Source: an uncultured delta proteobacterium (GTDB lineage: Bacteria; Desulfobacterota; Binatia; Binatales; Binataceae). From it: a DNA stretch of 64,000 nt. Below, in pieces: positions 30,642-39,990 of this stretch. The position numbers were made by a program, and so were the translations under genes. The number at the start of each line of letters is the position of its first letter. Position 1 is the stretch's first letter. The notes beneath the pieces are model-generated. The model saw only the letters and a program-made list of their open reading frames with translations, was not told where the DNA came from and searched no databases. The stretch lies in assembly GCA_963755705.1 (NCBI GenBank), contig CAVWKW010000001.1:12777-76776 (forward strand), written 5' to 3'.

Positions 30642-32471
30642 TCATTTCCGGCTAACCCACGGCGCGAGAATGTCTCCGGCGCGCAGCGCCACCGCCATGA
30701 TTGTACCAATCGGATGCGCCGGCACGATCGTTGGTATCAACGACGCATCGACCACCGCTACGTTGCTCGTGCCGCGCAGGATCAGCGTCCCGGGATGGAC
30801 ACCGCCGGGTCCGGCGCTCAGCGGCGCCGTGCCGCCGAAGTGGTTGATCGTTAGCTTGTTGAAATAAATGTTATCAACCGGCGCCGGTCCGGTAACATAT
30901 TTTTGTACATCGTCGATGCTGTTCGGATTCAAGTTGGGATGACTCAGTCCGCCCGGACCAAACACTATTTCCAGCGCCGGCTCCTGCGCAAAGAGTTGAA
31001 TCATGTTGTAGACTGCCTGCGTCATCAGCGTCGTGTCGGCGTTCCCGGCAGGCGTGTTCGGCAAATATATGTTCGGATAGTTTACATTGCCAATGGTATC
31101 CAATGTTATCATCCCGCGCGCCTGCGGATTGAGCAGCATCAAATACGCGGCCATGCTATTCGCGGAATAGTAAGGACCTGCGGGACTCCCGGCGCCGTTG
31201 GGGTTGAGAAAAATCTCAACGTTTGGTATCGCGCCTCCGCCCAACGCATAGTTTAAAATCGTCACCGGCTGATACTGCGCGTATGGTCCGCTGCCGTTGC
31301 CAAGATAAGTATCCAGACCGGCAGCATTACCGCTGTAGTTGCCATAGTTGTAGACCTGGTACGGCACCGACCCAGTATAGTTGTACGTGATCATCGTCAT
31401 CACGTGGTCGTACAAGCCAACCCCGACCAGCGAATTATCGATCGCAAACGGAGGCCGCGATTGTCCCGGGAAAATCTCATTCTCGAGTCCCCTTGGACCA
31501 ATTCCACTCAGCAGCAGCAGCCGTGGTGTTATCAACGCTCCAGCAGCCATCACCAGCAGGCCGCCGGATTTCAGACGCGCTATTCCGGGACTGCCGGGCT
31601 GGGTCTGATCCAGGCTCTCGCGTTTCGAGTAGCGCACAGCGACCGCTGTGCCAGCGTTATCGAACTCGATTCGGTCTGCCTTCGAGAACAGCAGCATCTC
31701 GAGGCCCGAGATCGGAACGCCACCCGGATCCACTTGCGCGAAATAGCCGCTAATCGGACCCGCGCGCCTACCTTCGGTTGCAGCGACATAGGGGGTACTG
31801 TAGATGCCGGTCCCAGCGAACGGCAGGCTGGTGTCTCCCTCGATCCAGCCTTCGCCTTCGTAGAGCGGACTTACTATCTGCGCCGGCCCGGCATTGTATG
31901 CGATTCCGTCGGTGGACGGAGTATTGGTCACCGGGATATTCGCGCGCAGGCCGGCGAAATAGGGCTGCATATCCGTCCACTGCCATCCTGCGGGCCAGCT
32001 TTGATCGAACACCTGGGCGGGATTGGTCTGGAACAGCATACCGTTGAACTGTGAATTCCCGCCCAGCCCGATACCCTGATAAGTAAACAGGGTTTCAGTG
32101 AGTTGATACGGCTTGCCCAGCGGCATCCAGGCCATTTGCGAATACTCACCCGGCACGTCAAAGATAGTCAGATCAGTGCGATCGGATGGAAGCCACGGCG
32201 GATAATCGGTCCCCCCGATCGCGGCGCTGGTGGATCCACCTGCTTCGATGATCAAAATACGCTTGTTCCCGCGCATCGCGCCGAGCAGCCTTGCCGCCAC
32301 GATTGTTCCCGCGCTACCCCCGCCGACGATAATCACATCGTACTCGCCCGTGGATTGACTAATGGAGTTCGAGCCGCCACCGCCGCATGCGGTCAGCAGA
32401 CCCAGTTGCGAACCAATAGCAAGTGTTAAAGCGGCCTGACGCAGGAACTCCCGGCGGCTGATGGATGACAT
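30642..32471 (-). CDS. Tat-exported lipoprotein GMC oxidoreductase, cellobiose-dehydrogenase-flavodomain-like
   Basis: SRREFL Tat motif plus LTAC lipobox; GGGSAG FAD motif; TPRLLLLSGIG; NHFGGT; VVDAS. Confidence 0.85.
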   Translation of the reverse strand: MSSISRREFLRQAALTLAIGSQLGLLTACGGGGSNSISQSTGEYDVIIVGGGSAGTIVAARLLGAMRGNKRILIIEAGGSTSAAIGGTDYPPWLPSDRTDLTIFDVPGEYSQMAWMPLGKPYQLTETLFTYQGIGLGGNSQFNGMLFQTNPAQVFDQSWPAGWQWTDMQPYFAGLRANIPVTNTPSTDGIAYNAGPAQIVSPLYEGEGWIEGDTSLPFAGTGIYSTPYVAATEGRRAGPISGYFAQVDPGGVPISGLEMLLFSKADRIEFDNAGTAVAVRYSKRESLDQTQPGSPGIARLKSGGLLVMAAGALITPRLLLLSGIGPRGLENEIFPGQSRPPFAIDNSLVGVGLYDHVMTMITYNYTGSVPYQVYNYGNYSGNAAGLDTYLGNGSGPYAQYQPVTILNYALGGGAIPNVEIFLNPNGAGSPAGPYYSANSMAAYLMLLNPQARGMITLDTIGNVNYPNIYLPNTPAGNADTTLMTQAVYNMIQLFAQEPALEIVFGPGGLSHPNLNPNSIDDVQKYVTGPAPVDNIYFNKLTINHFGGTAPLSAGPGGVHPGTLILRGTSNVAVVDASLIPTIVPAHPIGTIMAVALRAGDILAPWVSRK

Positions 32472-32533
32472 AGTTCACTGGATATTAAACTTTCTGAACC
32501 CGACGTCAATCCAGAGGCCGGCGAAATAGTCAA

Positions 32534-33304
32534 TCACTGCGGAACGTTAGTAAAGTCCGCGTGCCAGGTCATGGTGCTCCACGGACGATTGTTCCATTGC
32601 GCGTATACGCTCGCCGCGACCTGCATCACACCGCCCTCGATCCGGCAGTTCATATTGGTCAGCTCATCGACCGAGCCGCGCCCCGCGAACAGCCCAAACA
32701 GGTTTCCGGCCGGTTCGTCGAAATGCAGCAGCGCGCGCATCTGCGCGGTCGTGCGCCCATCGGTCGAGATCACTTTCATTATCGCCTTGACGTTGGTGAG
32801 GTCGCGATTTCGTCCGACAAGCCCGGCCTCGCTCAAGGTCAGCCTGAAAGGCCCGCCGGCGGTTTGCTCGTAACAGATGCGATAGGTCTTCGGAATCCAC
32901 TTCGAAACTCCCGGCCCGCCCAGCATCCGGATCGAGTCCAGGCGCGGAACCACACCGCTCCAGCATCCGCGAAACTCCTTTGGCAGGGGAATCTCGAGCG
33001 TGCTGGTGCCGGGCCCCTGATTCGCGGGCGGGATAGTCTCGACCTGCGGGGCAGCCGGCGGCGATTGCCGCTGAAGTGACGGAATAGTGACCGTCGTCGA
33101 ATTGTTCCTGGGAGTTTGCGGAGGCTGCGCCCGGGGAATCGGAACCTCGAGCTCGCTGCCCGCACCGGGCTGCGAATTCTGCGAAGAATTCGGCAGCATA
33201 TTTTGCGAGTAGGCCGCAGGTGCAGCGGCAAGAATCGCGACCGCGACGATCAGCCTGCATGCCACGCGGACGGCCGTCCGCCAATGATGCTCAAAGGCCC
33301 ACAC
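32534..33304 (-). CDS. Exported hypothetical protein with Pro/Gln-rich linker
   Basis: Signal peptide, low-complexity linker, C-terminal LPKEFRGCWSG domain. Confidence 0.65.
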   Translation of the reverse strand: MWAFEHHWRTAVRVACRLIVAVAILAAAPAAYSQNMLPNSSQNSQPGAGSELEVPIPRAQPPQTPRNNSTTVTIPSLQRQSPPAAPQVETIPPANQGPGTSTLEIPLPKEFRGCWSGVVPRLDSIRMLGGPGVSKWIPKTYRICYEQTAGGPFRLTLSEAGLVGRNRDLTNVKAIMKVISTDGRTTAQMRALLHFDEPAGNLFGLFAGRGSVDELTNMNCRIEGGVMQVAASVYAQWNNRPWSTMTWHADFTNVPQ

Positions 33305-33387
33305 CCAATCAAAATTAGCATGCCGCAGCGCCGGGTGCGCTGGGTTCCCGGAAGCGAGTTCATTTTGAGCGACGCGGACTCGGGGGA

Positions 33388-34077
33388 TCAGGAATCTTTT
33401 CGTCCTCGCAGCAAGACTTTGACATTGGGCCCTGTCCGCCGTCGCACCATACGTTGATACCGTTCCCGTTCGCGTTGGGCGCGCTCCTTGCCGTGTTCAT
33501 GCCGGTAAGTGCGGCTCGCCGTCTTGTTCGCGCATCGATGGCAGCAATATCTCTGGTTCTTTCTTTCGGCCAAAAAAACGCGCGCGCATTCGCGCTCTTC
33601 GCAGCGTTGAACCCTCAGCGCCGCTTTGACGTCTTCATAGACATCGTCAAGCGCCACCCGCACGACCGCATCCTCCAGGTTCGAGTCGCGATAGCTAAGC
33701 GCCCTGCCGCCTTCAGCGCCGAGCTTCCCCGCATCCAGGATAACGCTACCTCCTGCATAAGGCGCCTGGAACTTCTTCCGATCCGCGACCGCGCCCAGCA
33801 AATCCGCAACCTGATCAATAATTCTTTGAAGACGCGCCGGATTCTTCTCCAAAACATGAATCTGAGCGTTGAGAGGCTCGTTGGGCTCAATATCCAGCCA
33901 CTGCCGCAATTCGTAAACCAAATTGGGAAGATCGCCGGGCCGTCCCTTCGTGAGTAACGCGGCGTCGTTGCGCGAGAAATCAACCAGCCACGGCAGGATT
34001 CGATGTCTCAGCATCGGCGCAGGACGCTCGAGGTTCGCGGCGTTTTTGGAAGCAAGCCGTTTTCCGGAGGCGTTCAT
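33388..34077 (-). CDS. CGNR zinc-finger domain protein
   Basis: RCEERECARVFL..RYCCHRCANK..R followed by a basic tail. Confidence 0.75.
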   Translation of the reverse strand: MNASGKRLASKNAANLERPAPMLRHRILPWLVDFSRNDAALLTKGRPGDLPNLVYELRQWLDIEPNEPLNAQIHVLEKNPARLQRIIDQVADLLGAVADRKKFQAPYAGGSVILDAGKLGAEGGRALSYRDSNLEDAVVRVALDDVYEDVKAALRVQRCEERECARVFLAERKNQRYCCHRCANKTASRTYRHEHGKERAQRERERYQRMVRRRTGPNVKVLLRGRKDS

Positions 34078-34216
34078 TTGCAGAAGATCGTATCAAACGC
34101 ACACCCTGGCGACAAATCCTCTTGCAAGATGAAAATCATCTGGCCATAGCTATTTGATACTTGAATATTGCCAGAACCGAGCGTCGCTGTAAGATGAGGT
34201 CAAGCGAGAAACACCG

Positions 34217-34537
34217 ATGAAAAACCTAGCAATGATCCTGACCGTATTTTTGAGCCTGTTGACACCCCGAGTCGCGACGGCTCAAACTCCGGTCCCAGCC
34301 ACCGGATATACGATCATCACACCGGGCAGGCCGCCGAGCTTTTTCAACCCAACATCTAACGGCGGTTACACGGTAATTTCTCCGGGTCAGCCGACGACCT
34401 TCATTAGTCGCACCTTCGACGGTGGCTACACCGTCATCAAGCCTGGCTCGCCTCCGACGTACGTCCATCCGATCATTCCTTTGTATTCGAACAGACCACT
34501 ATTCGGTGAAGGCAGCAGCGAAGCGGGAAACCAATGA
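34217..34537 (+). CDS. Small secreted protein with three 20-aa repeats
   Basis: Signal peptide; GYTIITPGRPPSF / GYTVISPGQPTTF / GYTVIKPGSPPTY. Confidence 0.7.
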   Translation: MKNLAMILTVFLSLLTPRVATAQTPVPATGYTIITPGRPPSFFNPTSNGGYTVISPGQPTTFISRTFDGGYTVIKPGSPPTYVHPIIPLYSNRPLFGEGSSEAGNQ

Positions 34538-34552
34538 AATAGGATTGCCCGG

Positions 34553-34903
34553 ATGGAGCTCAACATGACGCAACGGGAAGAATATCAAATTGCATACCGA
34601 GAGGCTCAGCACGCGAAAGCTCGGGTTGAAAGTTTTCTCGAAAAGACCGATCCAGCGCTTGTTCAGGAAGTCGATGGATGGAAGCAAGGAACCGTCGCGC
34701 TCCTAGGGCCGGCGAACAGCTGGCGGGATAACTACCAGACTAAATGTTTCGATGCGAAAACCACGCCCGAGCGGCGCGAAATTGGCAAGGCAATTTCGGC
34801 CTGGTATTCGGCGATGAGCTTGGTCGAGATAAAATGGGGCGGCTTTCAGCATGCCGAGCCGCGGGCGACGGATCTTAAAAAGCCCGACTCTCTGACCATA
34901 TAG
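34553..34903 (+). CDS. Hypothetical protein
   Basis: 116-aa ORF filling the gap after 34537; no recognisable motif. Confidence 0.5.
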   Translation: MELNMTQREEYQIAYREAQHAKARVESFLEKTDPALVQEVDGWKQGTVALLGPANSWRDNYQTKCFDAKTTPERREIGKAISAWYSAMSLVEIKWGGFQHAEPRATDLKKPDSLTI

Positions 34904-34924
34904 GAAGTAGCTTCGTCGCCCGCG

Positions 34925-36463
34925 CTACCCTCGCGAAGCGGTGTCCGCGGCGGACTCGGCTTCCATCAGGGCCGCGATCATTTCGTCGGCTTCCTCCGGT
35001 TCTATCTCGCCGGACTTGACCGCTTGCAAAATCTTCATGATGTCGCCCTGAAAGGCTGCCGGATCGAGCGGGCGCGTATTTCCGGCGCGGGGCGCGCGCG
35101 GCGCCGTTTCAGAATGGGGAGGCGAATCCGGCGCAGCGGGATGCGGACGCTCTTCACTCGTGGGATGGCGTGCGGCGCGCCGGGCCTCGCGAATCGCGGC
35201 GCTCATTTTGCGCGCGGCCTCGTGTATCGAATCGCGCATCTGGCGGCGCTGGTCGCGAGTCTGGCAGCATCCGGGTTGTGCCGCGCGGCGGATCTCTTCG
35301 CTGAGCTTGCGGCTGAATTCCTCGACCGCGCGGGCGACTTCGCCGGTGGCTTCGCCGCCCGCATCGCGCATCACGTCGCTGGAGAATTTTCCGCCGCGCG
35401 CAACGATTCTCCCGGCGGCACCGAGGATCGAGTTAACGAACCCTGGTATCTCGCCGCCGAATTCCGCGGTCAGGATATCGCCGAGCTCGTCGAACGCGCC
35501 CGGAAAACGCCGGCCTGATCGCCAGGAGTCACTGTCGCGCGCACCGGCGCGAGCAATAATGATGTCGGCATTGCGGGTCTCGAGGCTAAGGCGAGTGCGC
35601 TGATCGGATGCGCGCTCGACCCCGATCGAGCCAGTGACGCTGCTGCTGCCGGCGCGATGAAGCCCGGCCTCGTCGATTCCGTAGAGCCTGATTCGGCCCC
35701 ATCCGGCCGATGCGGCTATGCTGAGTGAGGCGTCGGTGTCGAGTTCGAGCTCGATCCGGCCGCCGCTCGACGCGTGCCAGATCTTGCCGGCCGGGAAAGG
35801 TCCGTGCAGATCGACCGCGCCGCCAACGCGCCCCAGCTCAAGGTTTCCGCGCACGCCGGAGACCGAGCCGTGTCCGCCGACGCGATCGATCGCGGCGTCG
35901 CCCGTGACGTTCTCGAGCCGCAGGCGTCCGCCCACGCGCCGGATCGATACCGAGCCGGAAGAGCCGCGCACGACCGCCTTTGCGCCGATCGTGTCGATCT
36001 CGATTGGACCGGTCGCCTCGGCTTCGAGCTTGCCGCCGATCTGGCGGGTGCGCACGAACGCCTGCGCGTGATCGATCGCCAGCGAGCCGCCGATCTGTTC
36101 GCACTCGAAGCCACCGGAAGTTTCGACCGTCGCGTTACCGCCAATTCGATCCCGAATCACGATCGCGCCGGTGCGCCGCGTGCGCAGGTTTCCGCCAACG
36201 CGGCCGAGCACCACCGGAGCGGCGACATCCTCGATCTCGAGATTGCCGTGGCAATCGACGATCTCGAGCGCGACTCCCGCCGGGATACGCAACTCAGCAT
36301 TCGAACGCAGGCTAAATTCCGCGCGCGAGCCTTCGCGATTAACCCGAGGCTCGACCGAGCAGAGAACCGCCGCGGGCGGCTCGCTCGCACCGCTCACACC
36401 CAGATTTCCATGCGCGCTGGTGATTCGGATCGATTCAACGCCATCGAGCTTAAGTTCGTTCAT
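34925..36463 (-). CDS. DUF4097/adhesin-like beta-repeat protein with C-terminal SHOCT-like motif
   Basis: Repeated (I/V)GG-x-L beta units; C-terminal KILQAVKSGEIEPEEADEMIAAL; GGAGG RBS. Confidence 0.75.
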   Translation of the reverse strand: MNELKLDGVESIRITSAHGNLGVSGASEPPAAVLCSVEPRVNREGSRAEFSLRSNAELRIPAGVALEIVDCHGNLEIEDVAAPVVLGRVGGNLRTRRTGAIVIRDRIGGNATVETSGGFECEQIGGSLAIDHAQAFVRTRQIGGKLEAEATGPIEIDTIGAKAVVRGSSGSVSIRRVGGRLRLENVTGDAAIDRVGGHGSVSGVRGNLELGRVGGAVDLHGPFPAGKIWHASSGGRIELELDTDASLSIAASAGWGRIRLYGIDEAGLHRAGSSSVTGSIGVERASDQRTRLSLETRNADIIIARAGARDSDSWRSGRRFPGAFDELGDILTAEFGGEIPGFVNSILGAAGRIVARGGKFSSDVMRDAGGEATGEVARAVEEFSRKLSEEIRRAAQPGCCQTRDQRRQMRDSIHEAARKMSAAIREARRAARHPTSEERPHPAAPDSPPHSETAPRAPRAGNTRPLDPAAFQGDIMKILQAVKSGEIEPEEADEMIAALMEAESAADTASRG

Positions 36464-36492
36464 TGCCGCCTCCGTCGCTGCGGATGATGTTA

Positions 36493-36906
36493 TTAATCGC
36501 GCGGTCTGCGTGTCTCGCCAACCGCTCCGATCGCCGCCATCGCCTCTTCGGGCGTGATTTTTCCGGCCTTGAGATCTGCCAGGATTGCCCTCCGGCGCGT
36601 CGCGGGACTTTCCGTTTCGTCGCCATCTGCTGACGACGGCCGCACCTGGTAACCTAGCGCCCCGATCAGATCGTCCAGGCGCGCGCGGACCGTTGGATAC
36701 GAGACTCCTAGCTCGCGCTCGACGTCGCGAATCACGCCACGGTTCTTGAGGAAGACCTCCGCGAAATCGAGCTGCGACGGAGCGAGCCGCAACAGCGCGG
36801 GCATCGCGAATTCGCCCTCGAGCGCGATATCACACTTTGGGCAGTGGATTTTCGCGACGGTCAGATCGCCCTGGCAGGAAGGACACTTGAGAATGATCGG
36901 CCGCAT
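36493..36906 (-). CDS. DUF2089 family Zn-ribbon/HTH protein
   Basis: CPSC..CPKC, F.KNRG.I.DVERELGVSYPTVRARLD, C-terminal SHOCT-like motif. Confidence 0.9.
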   Translation of the reverse strand: MRPIILKCPSCQGDLTVAKIHCPKCDIALEGEFAMPALLRLAPSQLDFAEVFLKNRGVIRDVERELGVSYPTVRARLDDLIGALGYQVRPSSADGDETESPATRRRAILADLKAGKITPEEAMAAIGAVGETRRPRD

Positions 36907-36936
36907 GGGAAGAATAATCCCGAAGCCGGTTACCTA

Positions 36937-36977
36937 TGTCAAGGCAAATCTTAAGATTTTTAATATTTGATTAAATA
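36937..36977 (-). promoter_or_regulatory. AT-rich promoter/operator of the DUF2089 operon
   Basis: TTGACA on the minus strand (36942-36937), perfect palindrome AAATCTTAAGATTT (36946-36959), near-palindrome TATTTGATTAAATA (36964-36977). Confidence 0.5.
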
Positions 36978-37023
36978 ATATAAGTGATATTGGAGAATAA
37001 ACTATGTATCCTCAATAGTATCC

Positions 37024-38106
37024 TCAATGTATTTCAGGATGCTGCTGTGTCAGACAGTGAATCGCGCCGAGGCCCCATACGAGGTCAACCGACGGAATTC
37101 CGATAATCCGGCGGCCGGGGAATAGCCGTGCGAGGATCGCCGCGGCTACCGCATCGGCAGGGCAATCGAAGGTCGGCATCACGACGCCCATGTTCGCGAT
37201 ATAGAAATTCGCGTACGACGCGGGCAGGCGCGTGCCGTCATAGACGACCGGCGGCGGCATCGGCAGCCGTTCGATCTTGAGCGGTGCGCCGCGCTCGTCG
37301 CGCATCGCGTTGAGCCGCGCCAGGTTGTCGCGCAGGATTTTGTAATTCGCATCGGCGGGATCATTCTCGACCACAGTCACGACCGTGTCGCGCGCGACGA
37401 ACCGCGCGAGGTCGTCGATATGGCCGTCGGTATCGTCACCGACAATTCCGTCGCCGAGCCACAGAACGTTGCTCACGCCAAGGTAGCTGCGCAGGTAATC
37501 TTCGATTTCGGCGCGGGTCAGATGCGGATTGCGATTTTGATTTAACAGGCACGACTCGGTGGTGAGGAGCGAGCCCGCGCCGTTGGGATCGATCGAGCCG
37601 CCTTCGAGCACGATCCCCGTCTCGGCAACCTCGAAGCCGAAGCGCGCGCCGAGGCGCTGTGGCACGACGTCATCGAGGTCGTAGCGGCCGTACTTTTCGC
37701 CCCACGAGTTGAATTTCCAATCGAGCGCTATCTGCGCGGGACCGGGCGCGTTGGGTTCGATTTTGTTGACGAAGATTGGGCCGTGGTCGCGAATCCACGA
37801 ATCGTTGGTCTCGAGTTGGAAGACCTCAACCCGGCGCATCACCGCGTCGTCGCCACGCGCCGCATCACGGACCATCGCGCGCACCGGCTCGATCTCGGCG
37901 GCATCGTTGACGATCAGCCGCAGAGGTTCGAACGACGCGATCGCGGCGGCGATTTTAGCGAATGCCTGCGGGATCGGCTCGAACTTGCCAGGCCAGGTCT
38001 CCAAGTTATGCGGCCAAACCAGATAGGTCGCCTGATGCGGAGCCCACTCGGGCGGCATCCGATAGGCGCGAAAGCGCGTCCGGTCACGTTCGGAAATCGG
38101 GAGCAT
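37024..38106 (-). CDS. aguA: Agmatine deiminase
   Basis: MPPEWAPH, WIRDHGP, LEGGSI, DTDGHID, ASYANF, GAIHCLTQQ. Confidence 0.93.
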   Translation of the reverse strand: MLPISERDRTRFRAYRMPPEWAPHQATYLVWPHNLETWPGKFEPIPQAFAKIAAAIASFEPLRLIVNDAAEIEPVRAMVRDAARGDDAVMRRVEVFQLETNDSWIRDHGPIFVNKIEPNAPGPAQIALDWKFNSWGEKYGRYDLDDVVPQRLGARFGFEVAETGIVLEGGSIDPNGAGSLLTTESCLLNQNRNPHLTRAEIEDYLRSYLGVSNVLWLGDGIVGDDTDGHIDDLARFVARDTVVTVVENDPADANYKILRDNLARLNAMRDERGAPLKIERLPMPPPVVYDGTRLPASYANFYIANMGVVMPTFDCPADAVAAAILARLFPGRRIIGIPSVDLVWGLGAIHCLTQQHPEIH

Positions 38107-38111
38107 CGGCT

Positions 38112-38987
38112 TCAGGAGCGGAAGCGCCGGACCAGGTCGCCGTACGCGTCGATCCGGCGATCACGCAGAAACGGCCAGTTGCGCCGGGTCGCCTCGATTC
38201 GCGCGAGGTCACATTCGGCGAGGAGAATTTCTTCGGCGCTCGGGCTCGCATGCGCGATCACTTCGCCCATCGGATCGCACACGAACGACTCGCCCCAGAA
38301 CTCGAGATCGCCTTCGACGCCAACCCGGTTGGTCACCGCGACGAAAACCCCGTTGGCGATCGCGTGCGCGCGCTGAATGGTTTTCCACGCATCGAGCATC
38401 CGCGCGCGGTCGGCGGCGGTCTCGTCGTGCCACCATCCAATTGCGGTCGGATAGAAAACGACTTCAGCCCCCGCCATCGCGGTCAGCCGCGCCGCCTCGG
38501 GATACCACTGGTCCCAGCACACCAGCACGCCAAGCTTGCCGCGCGCGGTCTGATGCGCAGTGAAGTCGAGATCGCCGGGAGTGAAGTAATATTTTTCGTA
38601 GAAGCGCGGATCGTCGGGGATATGCATCTTTCGGTAACGCCCGACAATCTCGCCGCTCGCGTCAATCACAACAGCGGTATTGTGATAAACGCCCGCCGCG
38701 CGCCGCTCGAAGAGCGAGGCGACAACGACGACCTTGCGCGCCCGTGCAATTTTGCCCAGCGTCTCGGTCGAAGGCCCGGGAATCGCTTCGGCCAAATCGA
38801 AACGCGCGGGATCTTCGGTCTGGCAAGGATACTGCGAGCGAAACAGCTCCTGCAGGCAAACCACCTGCGCCCCGCGCGCAGCCGCCTCGTCGATTCGTGC
38901 TATCGCTTTGTCGAGATTGGCCGCAAGATCGACTGCACACGACATCTGCACCAGCCCAAGAACTATCTTATCGTGCGCCGAAGCCAT
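38112..38987 (-). CDS. aguB: N-carbamoylputrescine amidase (carbon-nitrogen hydrolase)
   Basis: LQELF, YRKMHIPDDP, CWDQWYPE; adjacent to aguA. Confidence 0.9.
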   Translation of the reverse strand: MASAHDKIVLGLVQMSCAVDLAANLDKAIARIDEAAARGAQVVCLQELFRSQYPCQTEDPARFDLAEAIPGPSTETLGKIARARKVVVVASLFERRAAGVYHNTAVVIDASGEIVGRYRKMHIPDDPRFYEKYYFTPGDLDFTAHQTARGKLGVLVCWDQWYPEAARLTAMAGAEVVFYPTAIGWWHDETAADRARMLDAWKTIQRAHAIANGVFVAVTNRVGVEGDLEFWGESFVCDPMGEVIAHASPSAEEILLAECDLARIEATRRNWPFLRDRRIDAYGDLVRRFRS

Positions 38988-39002
38988 CGTGAGATCTTGA
39001 TA

Positions 39003-39434
39003 TCAGCGCGGCGCCAATGGCGCCACCGTAGCCACTCGTCGCCAGTTTTCCAGGCGAAGGCCCTCGACCTGATTGAACTCGCGCAGGTTTGAGGTAACCA
39101 GAATCAGCTCATGAGCAAGCGCCGTTCCCGCGATCAAAACGTCGTATGCTCCGATCGGCCGTCCACGCTTCTTCAATTCCGCGCGCACCTTGGCGGTCGC
39201 TTCGGCAGCAGCCTGGTCGTATGGCAAGATTTCGATCGCGTGAAAGAAAGCCTCCATCACCGGCTTTAGCCGGCTCGCCACCCTTGGATTAAGCGCCAGT
39301 CCGTAAGCCACCTCCATCCGCGTGATTGCGCTCGCCGCGAGGTCCGCGGGCGAAGCCGCCTTGATGCGCGCGAGGGTCTGGCTCTGGCCTTGAGCGAAAT
39401 CACTGACCACGCAGGTATCAAGCAGGAAGCGCAT
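39003..39434 (-). CDS. vapC: VapC PIN-domain toxin
   Basis: MRFLLDTCVVS, GRPIGAYDVLIAGTA, LVTSNLREF. Confidence 0.92.
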   Translation of the reverse strand: MRFLLDTCVVSDFAQGQSQTLARIKAASPADLAASAITRMEVAYGLALNPRVASRLKPVMEAFFHAIEILPYDQAAAEATAKVRAELKKRGRPIGAYDVLIAGTALAHELILVTSNLREFNQVEGLRLENWRRVATVAPLAPR

Positions 39435-39663
39435 CGAACGGATCCGTTGGCGGCTTGAGCTTCTTCCGATCCGCCTCGAACCGTTTGATTCCCCGCAGTC
39501 CGCTGAAGTTCGCGACCACCGCCGGCCACTTAACCGGACGACGGCGGCCGAGCCATTCCACAACCGCTTCCCGAATGAGGGCATTGCGCGGTCTTCCGAT
39601 CTCCTTGGCGGTCTGGTTGAGGATTTCGACCAGCTCGTCGTTTAGATGAACGCTAAAATTCAT
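39418..39663 (-). CDS. Ribbon-helix-helix (CopG-like) antitoxin
   Basis: MNFSVHL..L...A...GRPRNALIREAV; overlaps the vapC start. Confidence 0.85.
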   Translation of the reverse strand: MNFSVHLNDELVEILNQTAKEIGRPRNALIREAVVEWLGRRRPVKWPAVVANFSGLRGIKRFEADRKKLKPPTDPFDALPA

Positions 39664-39990
39664 GCCAATAGTCTAACAGGTTAGGTTATGTTAGCAAGCC
39701 AAAGCGCCGGTCACTGAGCGAGCCAAGCCTGCCGCTACGGTATGGAGATACGCGCACGCCCCGCGAAAATCGGCGCGATGACCAGAACTTTGCGCGCCCG
39801 CGATCCCGCGCCCGACTCGACCGCGCAGGACATCTGCGCCAGTCCAGCAATAATCATGTCGCGCGCAGGGGCCATCTCTGATCTTGATAGCAGGACCAGC
39901 CAACCACGGTATTGCGGGCAGCAAAGCGATGGGTGGATATCGCCATGGAGATTTGCGCGAGAGCGAACCGCGATCCTCTGATTGGGGATG

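Noticed and set aside
33388-34903. Prophage or integrative element
   Set aside because: No integrase, structural genes or att repeats were found; kept only as a possible islet.
39003-39584. 193-aa extended VapC
   Set aside because: The extension overlaps the antitoxin; the PIN domain begins at MRFLLDT (39434).
39680-39990. Short ORFs between the antitoxin and the frameshifted gene
   Set aside because: No RBS, motif or convincing composition in the frames I read.
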